From Alphaproteobacteria bacterium (lineage in GTDB: Bacteria > Pseudomonadota > Alphaproteobacteria > GCA-2731375): a stretch of DNA of 64,000 nt. The stretch lies in assembly GCA_965225945.1 (NCBI GenBank), contig CBDDBZ010000023.1:1-64000 (forward strand). The letters run 5' to 3'. This document shows, piece by piece, positions 61,715 through 64,000 of the stretch. Made by a program: the position numbers and the translations under genes. The notes beneath the pieces were generated by a model. It did not search any database and was not told the DNA's origin. It worked only from the letters and a program-made list of their open reading frames with translations. How positions within the stretch are numbered: the stretch's first letter is position 1; each line of letters begins with the position of its first letter.

Positions 61715-63994
61715 ATGAGCGATCCCTTCGATCTCGCAAGCGTGGAGGCGGCGCCGACGGGCCAGCGCGTCGCGGCCGTGCCGCGGTTCTTGGACGGCCT
61801 CAACCCGGCGCAGCGCCAGGCGGCGGAGCAGCTCGACGGTCCCGTCCTGGTCCTGGCCGGCGCCGGCACCGGCAAGACCCGGGTGCTGACCGCCAGGCTC
61901 GCCAACGTGCTGCATCACCACCGCGCCTGGCCCAGCGAGATCCTCGCCGTCACCTTCACCAACAGGGCGGCGGCCGAGATGCGGGACCGGGTCGCCGCCA
62001 TGATCGGCCGTGCGGTGGAGGGCCTCTGGCTCGGTACCTTCCACGCCATCGGCGTCCGCATCCTGCGTCGTCACGCCGAGCTGGTGGGACTCAAGTCCAA
62101 CTTCACCATCCTCGATACCGACGATCAGCTCCGCCTGATGCGCCAGGTGATGGAGGCCGCGAACCTCGACCAGAAGCGTTGGCCGCCGCGCTCCGTGCTC
62201 GCCACCATCGATCGCTGGAAGGACAAGGGGCTGACGCCGGACCAGGTGCCGGCGGCGGAGGCGGCGGGGCTCGCCGCCGGCCGGGGGGCCGCCCTCTACC
62301 GGGCCTACCGGGAACGCTTGAAGACGCTCAACGCCTGCGATTTCGGCGACCTGTTGCTGCACCCCTACCGCCTGTTCCTCAGCGAACCGGAGGTCCTGGA
62401 GCGCTACCAGCGCCAGTTCAAATATATTCTGGTGGACGAATACCAGGACACCAACGTGCTGCAGTATCTGCTGCTCAGGCTGCTGGCCCAACGGCACCGC
62501 AACATCTGTTGTGTCGGCGACGACGACCAGTCGATCTACTCTTGGCGCGGCGCCGAGGTCGGCAACATCCTGCGCTTCGAGAAGGATTTCGAGGGCGCCG
62601 AGGTGATCCGGCTGGAGCGGAACTACCGCTCGACGCCGCATATCCTGGCTGCCGCCTCGGGCCTCATCGCCCACAACGAGGGCCGGCTCGGCAAGACGCT
62701 GTGGACCGAGGGGGTGGACGGCCCGAAGGTCGCGCTGCACGGCGTGTGGGACGGGCCGGAGGAGGCCCGTTTCGTCGCCGACGAGGTGGAGGCGGGCCAG
62801 CGCGCCGGTCTGAGTCTCGACGAGATGGCGATCCTGGTCCGCGCCGGCCATCAGACCCGTGAGTTCGAGGAACGCTTCATCACCATCGGCGTGCCCTACC
62901 GGGTGATCGGGGGCCCGCGCTTTTACGAACGGGCGGAGATCCGCGATGCCATCGCCTATTTCCGCGTGATCGTGCAGCCGGACGACGACCTCGCCTTCGA
63001 GCGGATCGTCAACACGCCGAAGCGCGGCTTGGGCACCGCGGCGCTCCGGGTGCTGCATCAGGCGGCCCGCGTCTCGGGGCGTTCGCTCAGCCTGGTCGCC
63101 ACCGAGGTGGCCGAAAGCGACGAACTGCGCCCCCAGGCGCGCCGTTCTCTCAAAGCCCTGATGGCCGATTTCGGCCGCTGGCGCGACCTGGAAGCGCGGA
63201 TGAACCACCTCGAGCTCGCCGAGAGCATACTGGACGAGAGCGGCTACACCGCCATGTGGCAGGCCGACAAGTCGCCCGACGCGCCGGGCAGGCTGGAAAA
63301 CCTGAAGGAGCTGATCCACGCCCTCGAGGGCTTCGAGAACCTCGCCGGCTTCCTGGAGCACGTCGCCCTGGTGGCGGAGAACGAGGCCCAATCGGGCGGG
63401 GAGGCGGTCAACATCATGACCCTCCACGGCGCCAAGGGGTTGGAGTTCGACAGCGTCTTTCTGCCGGGCTGGGAGGAGGGTCTATTTCCCCATAGCCGCG
63501 CCCTCGACGAGGGCGGCATCGCCGCGCTGGAGGAGGAGCGCCGCCTGGCCTATGTCGGCCTCACCCGGGCCAAGCGCCGCGCAGTGGTCAGCTTTGCCGC
63601 CAATCGGCGGATCTTCGATCGCTGGCAGAGCGCGCTGCCCTCGCGCTTCGTCGCCGAACTGCCGGAAGCCGACGTCGATCGCCGGATCGCGATCGGGCTC
63701 CACGGCGGCGCCACCCCGATGCACGCGCGAGTGGGCTTCGACGACGGCTATGCGGCCGGCCATCGGATGCGCCGGGCGGGGCTGGCCGCGCCGACGCCCA
63801 GCACTATCGACGGCCAGGCGGAGACGGTGGTCACCAGCGATCCCGAGGGCACGCGCTTCAGCGTCGGCGAGCGGATCTTTCACCAGAGGTTCGGCTACGG
63901 CCGGATCCGCGCGGTCGAGGGCAACAAGCTCCAGGTCGAGTTCGAAAAGGCAGGCTCGAAGAAGGTGATCGACAGCTTCGTCGAGCGCCCCTGA
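61715..63994 (+). CDS. uvrD: ATP-dependent DNA helicase UvrD/PcrA
   Basis: AGAGTGKT, TFTNRAA, DEYQDTN, GDDDQSIY, NYRS, KGLEF, EERRLAYV. Confidence 0.96.
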   Translation: MSDPFDLASVEAAPTGQRVAAVPRFLDGLNPAQRQAAEQLDGPVLVLAGAGTGKTRVLTARLANVLHHHRAWPSEILAVTFTNRAAAEMRDRVAAMIGRAVEGLWLGTFHAIGVRILRRHAELVGLKSNFTILDTDDQLRLMRQVMEAANLDQKRWPPRSVLATIDRWKDKGLTPDQVPAAEAAGLAAGRGAALYRAYRERLKTLNACDFGDLLLHPYRLFLSEPEVLERYQRQFKYILVDEYQDTNVLQYLLLRLLAQRHRNICCVGDDDQSIYSWRGAEVGNILRFEKDFEGAEVIRLERNYRSTPHILAAASGLIAHNEGRLGKTLWTEGVDGPKVALHGVWDGPEEARFVADEVEAGQRAGLSLDEMAILVRAGHQTREFEERFITIGVPYRVIGGPRFYERAEIRDAIAYFRVIVQPDDDLAFERIVNTPKRGLGTAALRVLHQAARVSGRSLSLVATEVAESDELRPQARRSLKALMADFGRWRDLEARMNHLELAESILDESGYTAMWQADKSPDAPGRLENLKELIHALEGFENLAGFLEHVALVAENEAQSGGEAVNIMTLHGAKGLEFDSVFLPGWEEGLFPHSRALDEGGIAALEEERRLAYVGLTRAKRRAVVSFAANRRIFDRWQSALPSRFVAELPEADVDRRIAIGLHGGATPMHARVGFDDGYAAGHRMRRAGLAAPTPSTIDGQAETVVTSDPEGTRFSVGERIFHQRFGYGRIRAVEGNKLQVEFEKAGSKKVIDSFVERP

Positions 63995-64000
63995 GCCGGC

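Noticed and set aside
9348-63427. Many long antisense or alternate-frame ORFs (e.g. 9348-12179, 15080-17392, 50826-53360, 61139-63427)
   Set aside because: Arg/Pro/Gly-rich shadows of real genes, expected in high-GC DNA

Overview
High-GC bacterial chromosomal DNA, most likely a Rhodospirillales-like alphaproteobacterium (heparinase-rpe-rsmB-DUF1674 block, DUF2336, moaA, nadK, uvrD, tRNA-Thr). It mixes intact housekeeping genes with many catabolic and accessory genes. Best candidate for an undescribed system: a three-gene module at 790-3438. Its first gene reads through an in-frame UGA (motif D-U-G-A-C, UGSC-type selenoprotein) followed by a SECIS-like hairpin, and it is followed by two paralogous Cys-containing proteins of unknown function. 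Other notable items: a double hairpin with exactly complementary 16-nt loops inside a hydantoinase B-B-A cluster; a GT41/sugar-modification locus (24-37 kb) in which 6 of 8 genes are broken; a ~1.45-kb stop-free 32/27-bp tandem array fused to a partial gene duplication (probably an assembly artefact); two recent IS1595 insertions and one IS630; and about a dozen stops, frameshifts, duplications or deletions confined to accessory genes. That pattern suggests ongoing pseudogenisation, although consensus errors cannot be excluded without reads. All family assignments are from motif recognition by eye; no searches were run.
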